In this document: piece by piece, positions 61,436 to 64,000 of the stretch
Layout of the letters: each line of letters begins with the position of its first letter
Numbering within the stretch: position 1 is the stretch's first letter
Source of the DNA: Geosiphon pyriformis uo1
Lineage: Eukaryota; Fungi; Glomeromycota
Direction of reading: 5' to 3'
Assembly (NCBI GenBank): GCA_016748015.1
Contig: JAAOMT010000254.1
Span: 210,532-274,531, forward strand
Length of the DNA stretch: 64,000 nucleotides
Translations under genes and position numbers: made by a program
The notes under the pieces: generated by a model
The model's database searches: none
Told to the model about the DNA's origin: nothing
The model's input: only the letters and a program-made list of their open reading frames with translations

Positions 61436-64000
61436 TGTTACAGTTGAAACTTATACTTCTTATTAATTATCACATGTATTAGCCACTGATGTCATATAAA
61501 TTAGCCACTCTATTTTTAGTAAGTAATCATTGACCTAATCATTGACCTGATCATTGATCTGACCATTGACCTAGTCATTGACCTGATTATTGACCACTTT
61601 TGACAGCTATATAAGCAATGAATCTCTTAGCTGTAGAAAAGCATGTAGAAAATCAAAAGAAATAAAGAAATAAAATAACAACTTCATCTCAATCCTTTTC
61701 TTATCACTAATTTCTCTTTCCCTACTTTCAAGTATCTGAACATCTTAAAGATAAAAGATCACTTGTTGGTTATTTCCTATCCTTTTTCTGAAACATGTAA
61801 TTGCAACATTTGGAGATTATTAAATAAAACGTGACTAAAGAGCACATCTGATACTTGATATTGAATTCTAAGAGCACCTATGTAAGGCATAGAATTATAC
61901 CAAGTGTGATTATTTGTTGACAGTACGGACTATCCCTCTACCTTCAGATTTCCCAGTTACCTTTGAAAAGTATAGCAACTGAGATATTTTATGAGACTGA
62001 TCTCGCACATTGAATTCCTACTCATTCAATTTGCTCTTTGAAGTTGAATTCCCCTTTGATTATTTCCATCACCCTACAATCCTGTTCTCCCTTGCTATCC
62101 ATTAGCTTGTTACTCCAACCCATAACATAAAAGTAGTGCTCCCTGTGAGATTGTCAAAATCCTATTGTATGAGTGATTATTCATACCTGCCACAACAATC
62201 AGAAGAACACTTTAAAGCACACAACAAAAATGATCTAGACTTTATTGAACTCAATCCTTTGCCCTCCTGCTTGATTTGCTTCCCCATTGAAAAACAATCT
62301 AGCAGACAATTCCAAGACTTTTGGAACTGGTTTCTGAACAAGCATTCAGCTGAAACCTATGCAGCTTATACAACCTATTACTTTGACCAAGCTTATTTTG
62401 AAGATGACTTTAAAGAAACAACAGTATCAATCAGCTCTTATATTCTGCAACCTTTGAACAACAGCCCCCTGATTTCAAATATCTGAATCATCAAATCCAC
62501 ATTTGAATTGCTGCCCATCAATCAACAGAAACTCCTTTTGAAACAGAAGAAGAAAGCTATCAAACTGCTCCTCTTTTTGATCTCTTTTCAAGTGAATCAG
62601 AACACTCCACACAAACAGTTACACCTGAACCAATGGCTCAAGACCCTCTGCAACAAAACATTCTAATTGCTCTCCAAGGTATACAGACTGCTTTAGGGCG
62701 AAGAAACAACACCCCATTACCATTATTCAGAGATGATGCCCAAGATCCAATTGAATGGTTGGATGATTTTGAAAGAGCTGCCACAGCAAACCAATATGAT
62801 AATGAATACAAGTTCCAAATTGTTGGTGGCTACCCCCAAGGCTCTCCTGCTACTTGGTTCTCACAAGAAACCAATGCCAATGCTCAGCAAAGAATCATTA
62901 GATAGGCACCAGCAAATGCCAGAGAAGACAACACTTCTTTCACTACCCGGTTTGAAATAAAATTTAAAACTCCCATCTTAATCTCAAAATGGCATATGGA
63001 ATTAGAAAAAAGAAGTCAAGGCCCTGGTGAGGTTGTGACAAAATATGCCAAAGCAATAAGAAAACTCATTAAATGGGTAGACTCTGGAAGAAATTGGACA
63101 GAAGAGCAGAAAATACATTCCTTTACAAAAGAACTAAGAACTGATCTATCATATGCTCTTTGGCCCCTCCTGGCCTTAAAAGATAATCCCACAATGGATA
63201 TGGCCATTGAACTTGCTCAGAGAATAGAAGACAATCAAAGGATGCACCTAGGATTCACACTTCCAGTTTTTGCTTCTGCTCCTGTTATGGCTCCTGCTAC
63301 CCAAATGGCTGCAACCTCTTTTGCTGCCCAAACTCAAGACCCAAATGAACAGTTAATAGGTAGACTTACAGCTAATTTTGCTCAGCTATTAGAACCATTA
63401 GCCCAAGCAGTCAGAGACAACCAGCAACCCCAAAGACCCAGATTTGAACCCCACTTCAATCAGCCCCAGCAATCACTGTATCAAAGACAACAAAATCGTG
63501 GTCCACCTGTGTGCTATCGCTGTGGACTAACTGGACACTTTTCCAGAGACTGTAACAATCCTCCATTGCCTCTTCCAGCTCCCAGAAATAATGACACCCA
63601 GAATAACAGACCCAACAATAATAATGTTCCTAATCAAAGACCCAATCATGTTAACATCAATTTCTTTGGAAAAGATTCCCTAGTTGAAGCCACTGTTTAT
63701 CAGTCTTTAAACTGATAAATGCACCTCCAAAGAGTGAGAGTGCAAGTCAACCAGAAGAAAACCCCTTTTATGCTTTTAACCTAACTGATGATGATCATGA
63801 TATAGATGAACTAGCAATCAACACCTCTGAATCAACCAGAAAGAAGAAGAAAGCCAAGATTGATTTTGTCTTGGACCCAAACAATGCATCCAAATCATCT
63901 GCTTATAACAATGAGCCACCAAAGGCTAAGGTTTTTAAAAATCCTTCAAAGTTGGAACCCCCAGAAATTGTACAAAAATTTGGACCCTATTCTGTTGTTA
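61436..64000 (+). mobile_element. Gypsy family C copy C-d (5' LTR 61436-62127, PBS 62134-62150, gag to 63715, pol start)
   Basis: TGTTA..TAACA LTR; CYRCGLTGHFSRDC; homologous to C-c. Confidence 0.93.
63706..63743 (+). promoter_or_regulatory. Putative -1 programmed ribosomal frameshift signal (gag-pol)
   Basis: T TTA AAC directly before the gag TGA; -1 frame open to the window end; hairpin 8 nt downstream; conserved at 44777. Confidence 0.8.

Noticed and set aside
60950-62127. Large inverted repeat suggesting DNA-transposon TIRs or a DIRS element
   Set aside because: It is one family C LTR inserted in opposite orientation into another; no transposase or tyrosine recombinase seen
1-64000. Alternative genetic code explaining the frequent in-frame stops
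   Set aside because: Stops of all three types fall at different positions in different copies and correspond to CAA/CGA/TGG in siblings, so this is mutational decay

Overview
The whole 64 kb is AT-rich, decayed, nested retrotransposon DNA from a eukaryote. The proteins look like those of Glomeromycota/Mucoromycota fungi, which is my impression and is unverified. I found no host gene, RNA gene or CRISPR array. Three Ty3/Gypsy LTR families are present (called A, B and C here). One APE-RT-RNase H LINE family has 4 copies (L1-L4). A ~2.4 kb poly(A)-tailed retroposon has 6 copies (H1-H6), five with clear TSDs. It encodes only a ~750-aa ORF1-like protein (RRM-like + CCHC + coiled coil) and no RT. 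Main finding: H shares its last codons, ~140-nt 3' UTR and CTACATGTTAAC-poly(A) end with the LINE, while its ORF1 is only distantly related to the LINE ORF1. This points to a HAL1-like protein-coding non-autonomous element paired with its helper. The Gypsy elements are also unusual. Integrase sits in a separate ORF after a conserved stop at the end of RNase H in all three families. A and B carry a multi-CxxC domain plus dUTPase inside pol and share an extra non-env 3' ORF. Family C has a UUUAAAC -1 frameshift signal. Almost all ORFs are broken by C>T/G>A changes. Domain boundaries were read by eye and are approximate.
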